Below, piece by piece: positions 25,371-38,351 of a stretch of 64,000 bases of DNA (within the stretch, counting starts at the first letter, position 1; each line of letters opens with the position of its first letter). The notes beneath the pieces were generated by a model. The model had not been told where the DNA came from. It saw only the letters and a program-made list of their open reading frames with translations, and ran no database searches. The position numbers and the translations under genes were made by a program. Origin of the DNA: Octopus sinensis (taxonomy: Eukaryota). Location: NCBI RefSeq assembly GCF_006345805.1, contig NC_043017.1, forward strand, positions 6,944,001-7,008,000. The letters run 5' to 3'.

Positions 25371-27099
25371 AACCTGTCGTGTCACTGGTGTTATAGCTGA
25401 CTATGCTGAAAAGTGAGTTCAGGGCCATGCAACAGTTTTTGCTTTGAAGAGAATAAAGTTCGATATTCAAGAGACGAGGAATTATGTGCATTAAGAGTAC
25501 ACATGTCTGTGGAGTACTCTGCCACATGCATGTTAATTTCACAAGCAGGCTGTTCCGTTGATTGGATCAACTGGAACCCTCATCATCATAATTGGTAGAG
25601 TGCCAGTCAATATCAACACAAATATGAAAACATGCAGTGTGGCCAAACTGATAAGGAAGTTCGCTTCACAACTCCAAGATCCTGGTTTCAGTTCCACTGC
25701 ATGGCATCTTGAACTAATATTATTTTGTCAAATCCATGCCAGCATGGAAGGCTAACATTAAATGATTATGATGATGACGATGATATCTTTTATCTTTTAA
25801 TTGTTTCAGTCAGTGGACTGTGGCCATGCTGGGGCACCACCTTGAAGAATTTTTAGTCAAAGGAATCGACCCCAGTTATTTTTTCTTTTTAAGCCTGGTA
25901 CTTATTCTATTGGTCTCTTTTGCTGAACCGCTAAGTTAAAGGGACATAAACACACCGACATTGGTTGTCAAGTGGTGTGGTGATGGACAGACACAAAGAC
26001 ACACACATATATACATGACGGGCTTCTTTCAGTTTCCATCTACCAAATACACTCACAAGGCTTTGGACTGGCCCAAGGCTACAACAGAAGACACTTGTTC
26101 AAGGTGCTATGTAGTGGGCCTGAACCTGGAATCATATGGTTAGGAAGCAAGTTTCTTACCACACAGCCACGCCTCTGCCTACCATTTGTTTAATTTTTTT
26201 TTTAATGTCTTTTAATGTTTTTTCCCTTCTATGATGAGTTAAATGAATATGTATTTTATTGAGATAATTGTTTTGTGGCTGACTGGCCTTCTTGTAACTA
26301 ACCCCTCAATTGTTTTTCGTGCAAGGGTCCTCTTATGCCACACGTCTTTGAAAACAACAGATCCAGTTGGAGGATTTGTTAACAGGCAAATGACTAGAAA
26401 TTAACACCTTGTGGCTCCACAGATTTTTCTGTTTCTTTATGCAAAGCGTGCAAAATGTAAGCATTTAAATATACCACACACACACACACACACACACACA
26501 CATGCATGCACACATGCACACACGCACACATATGCACATGCGCACACATACATTCACGTATGCACACGTACATTCATGTATGCACACACAACACACACAC
26601 ATTCACACACACACACTCACACATACAGACACACTCACACACAAACACACACTCTCACACACACACACACACTCACATACATGCACACACATTCTCACAC
26701 ACACTCTACACACAAACTCACACATTCACACACACACACACAATCAACACACACACTCACTCACACACATTCATGCATGCACACAACCAACACACACACT
26801 CACACACATCCACTCACGCACACACACACATCCACGCATGCACACACTCACACACAAACACACACACACGCATGTATGTATATTTTTTTATCATTTACTA
26901 GTTTTAATCATTGGACTGTGGTCCCATCCTTCGGCTCAACTTTGAAGGGTTTAGCTGAACAAATTGACCCTTGCATTTCTTTTTTTTTTTGTTAAGCCTA
27001 CTTCTTATTTATTTTATTAAATAACTGCTAAGTTACAGGGACCTAATCCAACCCCAGTTGTCAAGTAGTGGAGAAGAGACAAGCACACACACACACACT

Positions 27100-27548
27100 C
27101 AGGGTGGCATGTGAAAAAGTAGTCCAGGTTCTATAGCATAGTGTAAACTGTGAAACAAATCTACTCACATGATAAAGTACCCAGCCTTTTGTTTGCGAGT
27201 GTCATTATGAAATTTCGACTTCAACTAAAAAAAAAAGTAGGCTTTTAATTGCTCTGCACAAGTGAAATGATATGGCTTCAACTCTAGACCTTTCAACACC
27301 CGTTGGTACGACCTCCTGCTTATGTGAAACTGCTGCGCCAATTTACACGTCGACTTCTTTGAACTTTGAGTAATCATTTGACAGGCGCAGGAGTGGCTGT
27401 GTGGTAAGTAGCTTGCTTACCAACCACATGGTTCCGGGTTCAGTCCCACTGTGTGGCATCTTGGGCAAGTGTCTTCTACTATAGCCTTGGGCCGACCAAA
27501 GCCTTGTGAGTGGATTTGGTAGACGGAAACTGAAAGAAGCCCGTCGTG

Positions 27549-27579
<31 letters not shown>

Positions 27580-28000
27580 ATGTTTGTGTGTCTGTGTTTG
27601 TCCCCCTAGCATTGCTTGACAACCGATGCTGGTGTGTTTATGTCGCCATCACTTAGCGGTTCGGCAAAAGAGACCGATAGAATAAGTACTGGGCTTACAA
27701 AGAATAAGTCCCGGGGTCGATTTGCTCGACTAAAGGCGGTGCTCCAGCATGGCCGCAGTCAAATATTTGAAACAAGTAAAAGAGTAAATGTCCTGAGTAA
27801 ATTCCCCGTGCCAGTAGCACGTAAAAAGCACCATCCGAACGTAGGGTCTGTTAGTTTTGGAGCATTGGGTGCTGACCCTGTAGCATGCCACTTCTTGACT
27901 AACATTTCTATCATTCTCTTTGCTGGTTATAAGTCTTAAGCCGGGATGCTTTTGCCTTGAAGTGACACTTCCAAAAGAAAAGCTGGGTGCCTTTTCATGT
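27100..28000 (-). mobile_element. Degenerate mariner/Tc1 relic split by a SINE
   Basis: CAGGGTG terminus at about 27100; minus-strand KSTCKLAQQFHISRRSYQRVLKGLELKPYH (27250-27370) resembles the transposase HTH region. Confidence 0.45.
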
Positions 28001-28134
28001 GTGTAAATTTATTTCATGGCCCAGTGGTTAGAATGTTGGGCTCTAACATGTTTTCTCAAAATAAGAAACTACTAGTAGCACTTTAATACATGTATTGTGA
28101 CCTTTAAATAAATAATATATGTATATATATATCA

Positions 28135-28770
28135 TCGTCATCATCATCGTTTAACGTCCGTTTTCCATGCTGGCATGGGTTGTGTAGTTCATCTGGGCTC
28201 AGGGAAGCCAGAAGGCTGCACCAGGCCCCTATCTGATCTGGTAGTATTTCTACAGCTGGATGCCCTTCCTGACGCCAACCACTCCGAGAGTGTAGTGGGT
28301 GCTTTTTACATGCCACCAGCACAGGGGCCAGGGGAGCTGGCACTGACCACGATTGGGTGGTACATTTTACATGCCACTGGCACAGAAGCCAGTCAAAGTG
28401 GCACTGGCATCAGCCACATTCGGATAGTGCTCTTTACGTGCTACCGGCACGGGGGTCACAACTACAATTTTCATATTGATGTTGATGTACTTGATTCTAT
28501 AGATCTCCTCAAGCACAGCATGTCACCCTACGATCCAAGGTACTTTGGAGTGGGCTGGTTATGCAACACTGGTGTAGGTTACAGCTGTGAACTCACTTTA
28601 TTTGCCGGGGTCTTCTCAGTCACAGCATATCCCCAGAGGTCTCTGTCTTTTGTCATTGCCTCTGTGAGGCCCAACGTTCGAAGGTCATGCTTCACCACCT
28701 CATCCCATGGATCCCCAATTTGCTATTTGGTTACGTGGGGCCCCAAAAATCTTATATGAACCCTCAGGGG
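28135..28770 (-). mobile_element. 3' end of the same RTE-like LINE family
   Basis: Minus strand WDEVVKHDLRTLGLTEAMTKDRDLWGYAV plus 3'UTR and (GAT)n. Shorter tails of this family occur at about 36435-36680, 38085-38345, 41800-42125, 42570-42730, 43370-43570, 52095-52235 and 55140-55365. Confidence 0.75.
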
Positions 28771-29064
28771 TTAAGGGATCTTGATGATGATGACGGTTAT
28801 TTTCTGTCCCACCTCACAACGTGTGTTCTATTATATATAGATATGATGGAAGTTTTGACCAGAATTCTCCGTCATCAATAGGGCAGAGAGACATTTAGAT
28901 CTATTGTCATCTTGACACTAAAATTATCATCATCATCATCATCATTGTCTTAATGTCTACTTTTCCAATGTTCACATGAGGCCAACAGAATATGTATATA
29001 TGTATGTATATATACATATATACATATATACACACACACACACCAATGTAATGTATGTGTATGC

Positions 29065-29154
<90 letters not shown>

Positions 29155-30653
29155 TGCATGTGTGTATGTATTTGTGTGTATATGTATGTATATATGTGTA
29201 TGTATGTATATGTATGTCTGTACCTGCATGTATATATATATATATACACACATGCACACACATACATTAGCTGTAACAGCAGACCACCGTATGTAATCTT
29301 TCAACTGCTTGCCTAGGAGTAGTTGACAGCTTCTGTTACCTAGGAAACCTAATCAGTAGTGGTAGAGATTGGGCATGTGGGGGGGGGGCTCAAAAGTATA
29401 GTAGCCATCTTTAGGAGTGGGGAAAGTTCAGAGAACCAGTACTTTTGTTGGCAACAAAGGGTGTGAGTGTGCCTCTGTGTGTGTGTGTGTGTTGTGCATC
29501 TTTCTCTCTCACTCTCTCTCTCTTTCTCAAGTGAAGGGTGAATTATATAGTAATTATGTGCAAAGTGCTACGTTAATAAAACATGGGTGTTGATTGGGGT
29601 GGATGTGTGAAGACTGGAAATTAATGAGAGTTGAGCCTGTGTGTTGGGTCATGTCAGCACACAGCAACAACAAAAAGGCAGGTGTGGGGCTAGAGAAATG
29701 GGTATTACAGGTATGAGTCATAGAGGAATCTGTGTATGGTATGGGCAGGTGAGCTGGCAGAATCGTTAGCACGCTGGGCGAAATGCGTAGCCGTATTTCG
29801 TCTGCCGTTACGTTCTGAGTTCAAATTCCGCCGAGGTCGACTTTGCCTTTCATCCTTTCGGAGTCGATAAATTAAGTACCAGTTACATACTGGGGTCGAT
29901 ATAATCGACTTAATCCGTTTGTCTGTCCTTGTTTGTCCCCTCTATGTTTAGCCCCTTGTGGGTAGTAAAGAAATAGGTATTTCGTCTGCCGTTACGTTCT
30001 GAGTTCAAATTCCGCTGAGGTCGACTTCGCCTTTCATCCATTCGGAGTCGATAAATTAAGTACCAGTTACGTACTGGGGTCGATATAATCGACTTAATCC
30101 GTTTGTCTGTCCTTGTTTGTCCCTCTATGTTTAGCCCCTTGTGGGTAGTAAAGAAATAGATATGGGCAGGTGATATGTAGGTATGAAAGATGAGTTGGGT
30201 TGGGAGAGTAACGGTCAAAATAAACTGAGTGGAAAAAGAAAGCCTGGGGAAAAAGAAAACATGGGAAGATGTGGTGTAGACTAATTTGAGAATTATGAAC
30301 CTCAAGGTGATGAGGAGGGACCACAGCAAATAGTGGGATGCTCTGATGAGGTAGACCCTTTCGGTTTATATCTGCATGGGAGAAAAAATGGGTGTTAATG
30401 AGGATGGTGTCAATGTTTGTATATTCATTCAGTGGCTTAACTTCGGTATAGGTACTGGAAGTACCGGATACATTTCAAGAAAGTGTTTTTTTTTTAATAT
30501 ATATGGGGGGTTAGGGTTAGGGGTGGGAGAAAAGGGTTTCTGTTATCTTCAGAAATGTAAACAAAGCCATTTCCGGTACTTACGGTACCTATACCGAAGG
30601 ATTGCCCATTCAGTTGTTCTACATCTGCTTTTCAATGCTAGCATGGGTTACAG

Positions 30654-30943
30654 TAGTGGTTCCCAAAGTGGGTGGTATCCCCCACCACCTGGAAGGGGGG
30701 ACAGTGGAAAGTTCCAAGGGGGCGTTGAAGAAAAGTGGGGCGATAACGGGGTAGTGATTCATGTAAAAACAATAAAAGAAAGGGTTCATTAGGTTAAGTT
30801 TTATTTGTGAAATACAGTTACTTTGAATTTGCTTCAGAAAGAGGTCTATGGTTGTGAGGGTTAGCTGGGATGGGGGGGGGAGCGTTAGGAATGTGCCCTG
30901 GGTGCCAAGTGGGTGGCAGCCCGAAAAAGTTTGGGAACCACTG
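30654..30943. mobile_element. hAT MITE, same family as 44211-44505
   Basis: TIR (C/T)AGTGGTTCCCAAA; TSD matches at 6 of 8 bases. Confidence 0.7.
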
Positions 30944-32148
30944 GGCTAGAGAAATAGATGAGAATATATTATTGAAGCATTGTTTTACAGTTGGATGCCC
31001 TTCCTGTCACTAACCTGTCCCTGTTTTTCAAGTAAGGGATTTCTCCTTTGACATGGCTTTGAAGGTGCTATATTTTATCAACGCTGAAAAGATATATAAG
31101 GCAAAGTTAACCTTGGACAGAATTTAGTATCAGGACGTAAAGAGTTAGGGCAAAAAACTGCAAAGTAATTTGCAATGCGCTAATGATTCTAGCAAATTCG
31201 CTACCAATAATAATGGGTTCTAATTTAGGTACAAGACCAGCAGTTCTTGCTCAAGAACACATCACACAGCCCAGTCCAGGGCTGAACTCAGATATGTATA
31301 CTCAGATGTGTAACTCAGATGTGTAAGCAGAACAGTAAAAATGTGCAAGACTTTTCTCAAGTTCCTCATGTGAATTTGTTTTTGCTATCTACATTCCAAT
31401 ATTGGAATTTTGTATATTTATTAAAAACCAGCTCCTTCCTTACAGGAAGACTTCAAATCACTGATAATGGAAGAGAATATACATACATATAAATACAGGT
31501 TTCTGGTTTAGGTACAAGGCCAGCAATTTTGAAGGATGATGGAGTAGTTGATCCCATCGGCCCCAGAACCATTCTAGAACTTTATCTTATTGGCTTCAGA
31601 GAGATGAAAGGCAAAGTTCACCCAGCTGAGATTTGAGCTCAGAAATAAACTAGTTTTTCATTTAAACACAAGGCCAGCAATGTTATGAGTAGGAAATAGT
31701 TGATTTTGTCAACCCCAATACTAGACTGGTACTTTGTCTTTCATCCCTTGGTGGGTGTCAATAAAATAAAGTTGACTTCAGCAGAATATGAACTTGGAAC
31801 ATAGAGGGAGGACATAAATACTACAAGGCATTTTGCCCAACACAATAACAATTCTACCAGCTCACCACCTGAATACCAACAACAACAACAATCCTTTCTA
31901 CCATAGGCTAGCAATGTTGAGGAGATTGGGAGTGGCTGGTGCCAGCCAACCCAGGACGAGACTGGTATTATATTTTATTGTCCACAAAAGGATGAAAAAC
32001 AAAGCTGACTTTGGCAGTATTTGAACACAGAACATAAAGTGCCAAAACGAAAACCACAAAGCAATTTCTCCCGAAGCTCTTACCACTCTGCCAGTACAGA
32101 AACCAGATTTTAATTGGTGACAGCCATAGGGATGATAGACACAGTATA

Positions 32149-33077
32149 CAAGGTGACTGAAAAGTAGCTCCCTATTTTAAAATACTTATAAATCTCTCTA
32201 TATATATAAAGCTGAAGTTGTCTGTGTATGGCAGGTTTGGTAGCCTTCAACACTATCTCCTCCGAGACCCTGCAGCGCAAGTGGACCAAAATTGAGAGTA
32301 TGATAGAGGAAGGCTTGCTCTTCCTTCCGTAGAAGTAAAAATTCAAATCGGACCATGTTAGCACCAAAAATTATTTACATTAAAAAGGTGCTTTTTTTTA
32401 TTCTATGAAAATCCCTATTTTTTACGATCTTTTGACTGCTGTGTCGCCATTTTTCAGTGTATTTCAACCAGAAAAATGTTCACTTAAAGAGAATAACAAG
32501 CTTCATAATGCAAAATTTTTACTTTTCAAAAATTCCAATTCTAAAGGGTCAAAACAAACCCGAGCAACGCCAGGCGATACTGCTAGTTATTTATTAATTG
32601 TAATTTTTTTCTCAAATATTTTGTGTTTGTTTTTTGAAGTATGAGAGTTCAATCTGTAATCGTGTTGCTCTTGTCGTGCGTGAATGGGTGAATGCCCACT
32701 TCCCCAGGAGATAGATGGGTCATCATGGTCCACATGAGTGGCCAACCAGGAGTCCTGACTTAACGCCTTATGACTTCTTTTTTTCGGGTTGGTTAAAGGA
32801 ACGAGTCTACAGTACCAAACAAAAGGCTTTGGAAGAATTTGAAGGAAGAATACGAGATATTCAGTCTTCCATCCTACAAGAGTTTCTGGCAAAATCAGCT
32901 GACGCAACTTCTGGGAAACTCAAGAAGTTTGTGGCGACATCTGGAGCCCATATTGAACATTAAATTAAACCTCATACTAGAAACTTTCCTCACATATCCA
33001 TTTTTTGGTAAAACTTACAATTAATAAATAATTTATAACTATTTTAAAATAGGGAAAGTAACTTTTCAATCACCCTT
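32149..33077 (+). mobile_element. Internally deleted Tc1/mariner element with about 65-bp TIRs, interrupted by a Helitron
   Basis: TA at both flanks; TIR CA(A/G)GGTGA(C/T)TGAAAAGT...; remnant WPTRSPDLTPYDFFFSGWLKERVY. Confidence 0.8.
32193..32586 (+). mobile_element. Non-autonomous Helitron
   Basis: 5' A|TC..., 3' hairpin CCCGAGCAACGCCAGG then CTAG|T; no TSD. Confidence 0.85.
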
Positions 33078-33523
33078 TAGATCTGGGGATGATGAAAGTC
33101 TTTGAGTTTTTAATTTACTGAGGACAAATTCCTTCTAGAGAATTTCTTGTATAATTTTCCATTGAAATTACTTTTCTTGTCTTCTGTGGAGGGTATTAAT
33201 TGAATACCACTCTACCCCAACACATATACCCTTTGCCGTGTACTGAAAATGGTATCATTGTGCTAACCATTCCTTTGTTGACTTGAATAAAACAGTGTTT
33301 TTAATTGAAAAGCAGGAGAGGGTGGGTTCTGTCTTAAGACCTTACAATATTATTTTCTTTTATCGTAGAATAAGTACTCCAGGGTGGTGGTAAAATTATA
33401 TAATGTTCTTTTGATTCAACCTTATCAATTACGTTATATTAAATGACGTAGATGAGAGATGACAGATTTTCTTTGAAGTTGCTTCTGGTAATATTAATCA
33501 GAAAAGAAAATATAATATATAAC

Positions 33524-33558
<35 letters not shown>

Positions 33559-34021
33559 TAATAATGATGATAATAATAATAATAATGGTTTCAAATTTTG
33601 CTACAAGGGCAGCTATTTTGGGGGAGGGGATGAGTCAATTAAATCAACCCCAGTGTTCAACTGGTACTTAATTTATAGACTCCGAAAGGATGAAAGGCAA
33701 AGTTGACCATGGCAGAATTTGAACTCAGAACGTACAGCCAAACGAAATGTCACTAAGCATTTTGCCCAGGATAATAATGATAATAATAATGATAATCCTT
33801 TATGTTATAGGCACAAGGCCTTAAATTTGGTAGGAGGGGACGAGTCGATTACATTGATCCCCAATGTTTCACTGGTGCTTAATTTATTGACCTTAAAAGG
33901 ATAGAAGGCAAAGTTGACCCCTGTAGCATTTGAACTCAGAATGTAGCAACAAGCAAAATACTGCTAAGCATTTCGTCCAATATGCTAAAGATTTTGCAAC
34001 CTTAATAATAGTAATAATAAT

Positions 34022-34700
34022 AAATGCCCTGAGGCAGTACCAGGCAGTGGCTCTTAGTACCCTGATGCAGTACCTGGCAGTGGCTCTCAGTGCCCTGATG
34101 CAGTACCTGGCAGTGGCTCTCAGTGCCCTCATGCAGTACCCAGCAGTGGCTCTCAGTGCCCTGATGTAGTACCTGGCAGTAACTCTCATGGCTTCTGTTC
34201 TTAACTGATTGGAAGTGTTATCATGTACATTGTTTTGTCTTGGTATAAAAGATGGGCTACAGCAAATATTCTGCTCAATATCACAGATTTGCTTGTCAGT
34301 TGTCTAACCTTAATCAGTTGAGCATCTCCCTTAGTAGCTGACGATATGGGCATCTCTGATCACAAGCAGAAGTACTGGGAGAACATCATAGCCATGTGTT
34401 GAAAAGAATTCATTGGAGTTTGAATAATTCTCCTCTGGAAACATGGGTGTTTTGTTCAATATCCTTAAACAACCCTTATTCAGGGATCTTTTGAGCAGGA
34501 TGGGTTACTCGACCAGAAGAAATTTCTAACTAGGCCCCACCAGCAAAGTCATGCACTGTTTATTTTGATGTGAGATCACCGTGTCGCACACATATGGTTG
34601 TGATGCAAGTACCTGGTGTACCCTTATCAGACAGGTAGTCACAATGGGTATATTGGGCTTCATATATTTTACGACAGTGTCACTTTGATGGCATGCACCA
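34022..34700. repeat. Unclassified interspersed repeat of about 680 bp inserted in (TAA)n; begins with five 33-bp tandem units
   Basis: Unit TGCCCTGATGCAGTACCTGGCAGTGGCTCTCAG at 34025-34190; homologous fragments at about 2110-2170(+) and 2300-2425(-). Confidence 0.65.
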
Positions 34701-35068
34701 CTCTCTCACTCAGTAATAATAATAATAATAATAATGATTTCATTTATTTGCCACAAGGGCAAAGAATGGAGGGGACAATACAAAGACAGACATAAAGTGT
34801 TGGGGTTTATATGTAATGATTCTGCCAGCTTGCCACTGAGACCCAGCAGAAAAAGAAAGTTTCCCATGAATTTGTAGTTGGTTGATGAAGCCCTTCGCCT
34901 GACCAAAGCACTTTCATCATTTTCTCCTAAACCTCCATGCTTGTTTTCAGACCTTCAGTTAGACTTGGTTCCAAATGTTCTGAATAACATAAAGCTTTCC
35001 TTTCATTGGTACACAGTTACTCTGGTAATTGAATAAAAACTGGGAATGCATATCAAATGCTACTTTAA

Positions 35069-35789
35069 CCCTTTCATTACCAGCCTGCCTGAAACTGCCT
35101 CTGGCTTTGTTGTACAAATGTCGTGTTTTCATAAGTTTTGAATTAAAATCTTCCACCAAACCTTAGTCACAATTTGTATTCCTAACACTAGCATAATAAC
35201 TAAGTTATTTTACTAAATTCTTTGTTATATTTTAAATTAATTGAAAGAAACACAGAGCCTCTCAACAGAAATATGGTAACAAAAGGGTTAAAATATATAA
35301 TAGAGAAACAATTCTTAACCCTTTTGATATCAACCTGGCTGAAGCCACTTCTGGCTCTGTAATACAAATGTTTTGTTTTCATAAGTCTTTAATTAAAATC
35401 TTCCACCAAACCTTAGTCACAATTTATATTCCTAACACTAGCTTAATGATAACTAAGTTATTTTACTAAATTCTTTGTTATGTTAAAAATTAATTGAAAG
35501 AAACACAGCATCTCAACAGAAATATGGTAACAAAAGGGTTAAAATATATAATAGAGAAACAGTTCTTAACCCTTTTGATATCAACCTGGCTGAAACCACT
35601 TCTAGCTCTGAGTACAAATGTCTTGTTTCCATAAGCTTTGAATTAAAATCTTCCACCAAACCTTAGTCACAATTTATGTTCCTAACACTAGTTTAATGAT
35701 AACTAAGTTATTTCACTAAATTCTTTGTTATATTTAAAGTAATTGAAAGAAACACAGAGCATCTCAAAATAAATACAGTAACGAAAGGG
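35069..35789. mobile_element. Three tandem piggyBac-type MITEs (35069-35287, 35319-35538, 35570-35789)
   Basis: Each is bounded by TTAA|CCCTTT...AAAGGG|TTAA; near-identical spacers between copies. Confidence 0.8.
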
Positions 35790-36333
35790 TTAATCATCTG
35801 GTCTACTGCAATAACTGTGGTCTACACTTTGAAATGAGGGTTTAGGGATAGGATTAAGATGTAGGGTTAGGCTAGGGTTATGATTAGACTGCACACTAAA
35901 GGGTAAATGGCCAGGGAGGCAGGCCATATGCTAAAGTGGAACCATGAATTCATATATGATGTAGGGATGCCAGGGGAATAGATTTTGTATATCACGTGAT
36001 ACACAGGACAGGTAAAGGGTTTATACCTTGTTCAAACTTAGTTTGTCTCTGTGCATTGTTATATGAACAGAACAGGCTACTCTGTACATAGATAAAACAA
36101 CACATAAACACATACGCATGCACACATCACACACGCACACAGCCCTACTCAAGGAAGAAAATGAATGTACAATTAAAGATTATTGGTCAAACAAGTACAC
36201 TTAGTATTATTGATAATAAATCTCTGGGAGTAACTAAACTATGAAGAGGCTACTTCAACGCTCGTTAGCAACCTAATATGACAGTTGTCAAGACAGTTTG
36301 TCACAAAGTGTGTGTGTTTGTGTATATATATAA

Positions 36334-36378
<45 letters not shown>

Positions 36379-36401
36379 ATCCATATAAATATGTATATAT
36401 G

Positions 36402-36438
<37 letters not shown>

Positions 36439-36684
36439 TCATCATCATCATCATCGTTTAACGTCCGTTTTCCGCGCTAGCACGGTTGGACGGTTTCGAC
36501 CGGGGTCTGGGGAGCTCGGGACTGCCCCAGGCTCCAGTCTAGTCTGGCAGTGTTTCTACAGCTGGATGCCCTTCCTAACGCCAACCACTCCGCGAGTGTA
36601 GTGGGGGTTTTTTACGTGCCACCTGCACAGGTGCCAGAGGGGTCTGGCATCGGCCACGTTCGGATGGTGCTTTTTATGGGGGGG

Positions 36685-37060
36685 TGCAGAAATATAGGGG
36701 AGCACCAGTGGGAGGGGTGGTTCAGAGGACAGGTCTAGGCAAGTAGAACGTAGGAAATCGAGAGAGGGGTAATGCATGGTGAAATAGCGTATTGAAGAGG
36801 GGGTTCAAAGAGTAGACACTATAATGGTGGTGGGGGGGGGGGTGCAGAAAATATAGCGGAGCACCAGTGGGAGGGTGGTTCTGAGGACAGGTTCTAGGCA
36901 AGTAGAACGTAGGATATCGAGAGAGGGGTAATGCATGGTGAAATAGCGTATTGAAGAGGGGGGGTTCAAAGAGTAGACACCTATAATGGTGGTGGGGGGG
37001 TGCAGAAATATAGGGGAGCACCAGTGGGAGGGGTGGTTCAGGGACAGGTTCTAGGCAAGT
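36685..37060. repeat. G-rich tandem repeat, unit of about 160 bp, about 2.3 copies
   Basis: GCAGAAATATAGGGGAGCACCAGTGGGAGGG... starts three times. Confidence 0.8.
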
Positions 37061-37110
37061 ATATATATATATAATATATGCATATCCATATAAATATGTA
37101 TATATGTATG

Positions 37111-37145
<35 letters not shown>

Positions 37146-37510
37146 CTAGCAGTATCGCCCGGCGTTGCTCGGGTTTGTAAGGGAATAACTATAAAGCATT
37201 TTTAGAGAGTTATAGCCAAAAATGTAAAAAAATATGGTCAATTTTTTTTAGTTAAAAAGGTCGAGTTGCGTCCCCTAGACAGTCTGTGGTTTGTGTTCTG
37301 ATTCTCGACCCCATGTCGAATTTATCGATTTTTTCAGAAATGGGGGAACTTTTCAAAATTTTCGCTGCGTTAGTTTTGAATTATGACATTGGGCTATGTG
37401 TGTGTCAAGTTTCATCAGAATCGGTTGAAAGCCGTGGTCAGGGTGAGGGTACAACCTAACAGACACACAAGAAACACACACAGACAAACTGCCGTTTATA
37501 TATAGAGAGA
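37146..37510 (-). mobile_element. Non-autonomous Helitron with the same termini and a different interior
   Basis: Minus strand TCTCTCTATATATAAA...CCCGAGCAACGCCGGGCGATACTGCTAG|T. Confidence 0.8.
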
Positions 37511-37610
37511 ATATATATTATATATATATTGCATATCCATAAATATGTATATATGTATGTATGTATATATATATATATATATTATATATATATATATGTA
37601 TATGTATGCA

Positions 37611-37651
<41 letters not shown>

Positions 37652-38351
37652 GTAGGAGTAGCTGCATGGTAAATAGCTGCTTACTAACTAAACACTGGTT
37701 CTGGGTTCAGTCCCACTGCGTGGCATCTTGGGCAAGTGTCTTCTGCTATAGCCTCGGGCTGACCAAAGCCTTGTGAGCGGATTTTGTAGACGGAAACTGA
37801 AAGAAGCCCGTCGTATATATGTATATGTATATATGCGTGTGTGTGTTTTTGTATGTCTGTGTTTGTCCACCCTACATCGCTTAACAACCAATGCTGGTGT
37901 GTTTACATCCCCATAACTTAGTAGTTCGGCAAATGATACTGTTCGAATAAGTACTAGGCTTACAAAGAATAAGTCCTAGGGTTGATTTGCTCGACTAAAG
38001 GCAGTGCCCCAGCATGGCCGCAGTCAAATGACTGAAGCAAGTAAAAGAGTACATATATATATATGTTTATATATTATGTATATATATTTATATGTGGCAC
38101 GTAAAAAGCACCAACCGATTGTGGCCACTGCCAGCCTCCCCTGGCACATGTGCTGGTGGCACGTAAAAAGCACCCACTACACTTATGGAGTGGTTGGCGT
38201 TAGGAAAGGCATACAGCTGTAGAAACACTGCCAGATCAGACTGGAACCTGGTGCAGCCTCCTGGCTTCCCAGACCCTGGTCAAACTGTCCAACCCTTGGC
38301 TTCCCAGACCCTGGTCAAACTGTCCAACCCGTGCTAGCATGGAAAACAGAC

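Noticed and set aside
30340-30375. CTGATGAG followed by a hairpin (hammerhead candidate)
   Set aside because: No GAAA after stem II and no stem I or III.
31394-31408. Palindrome TTCCAATATTGGAA resembling the Insensitive/BEN-solo site TCCAATTGGA
   Set aside because: A central 2-bp insertion changes the spacing, and there is no evidence for the specificity of this BEN protein.
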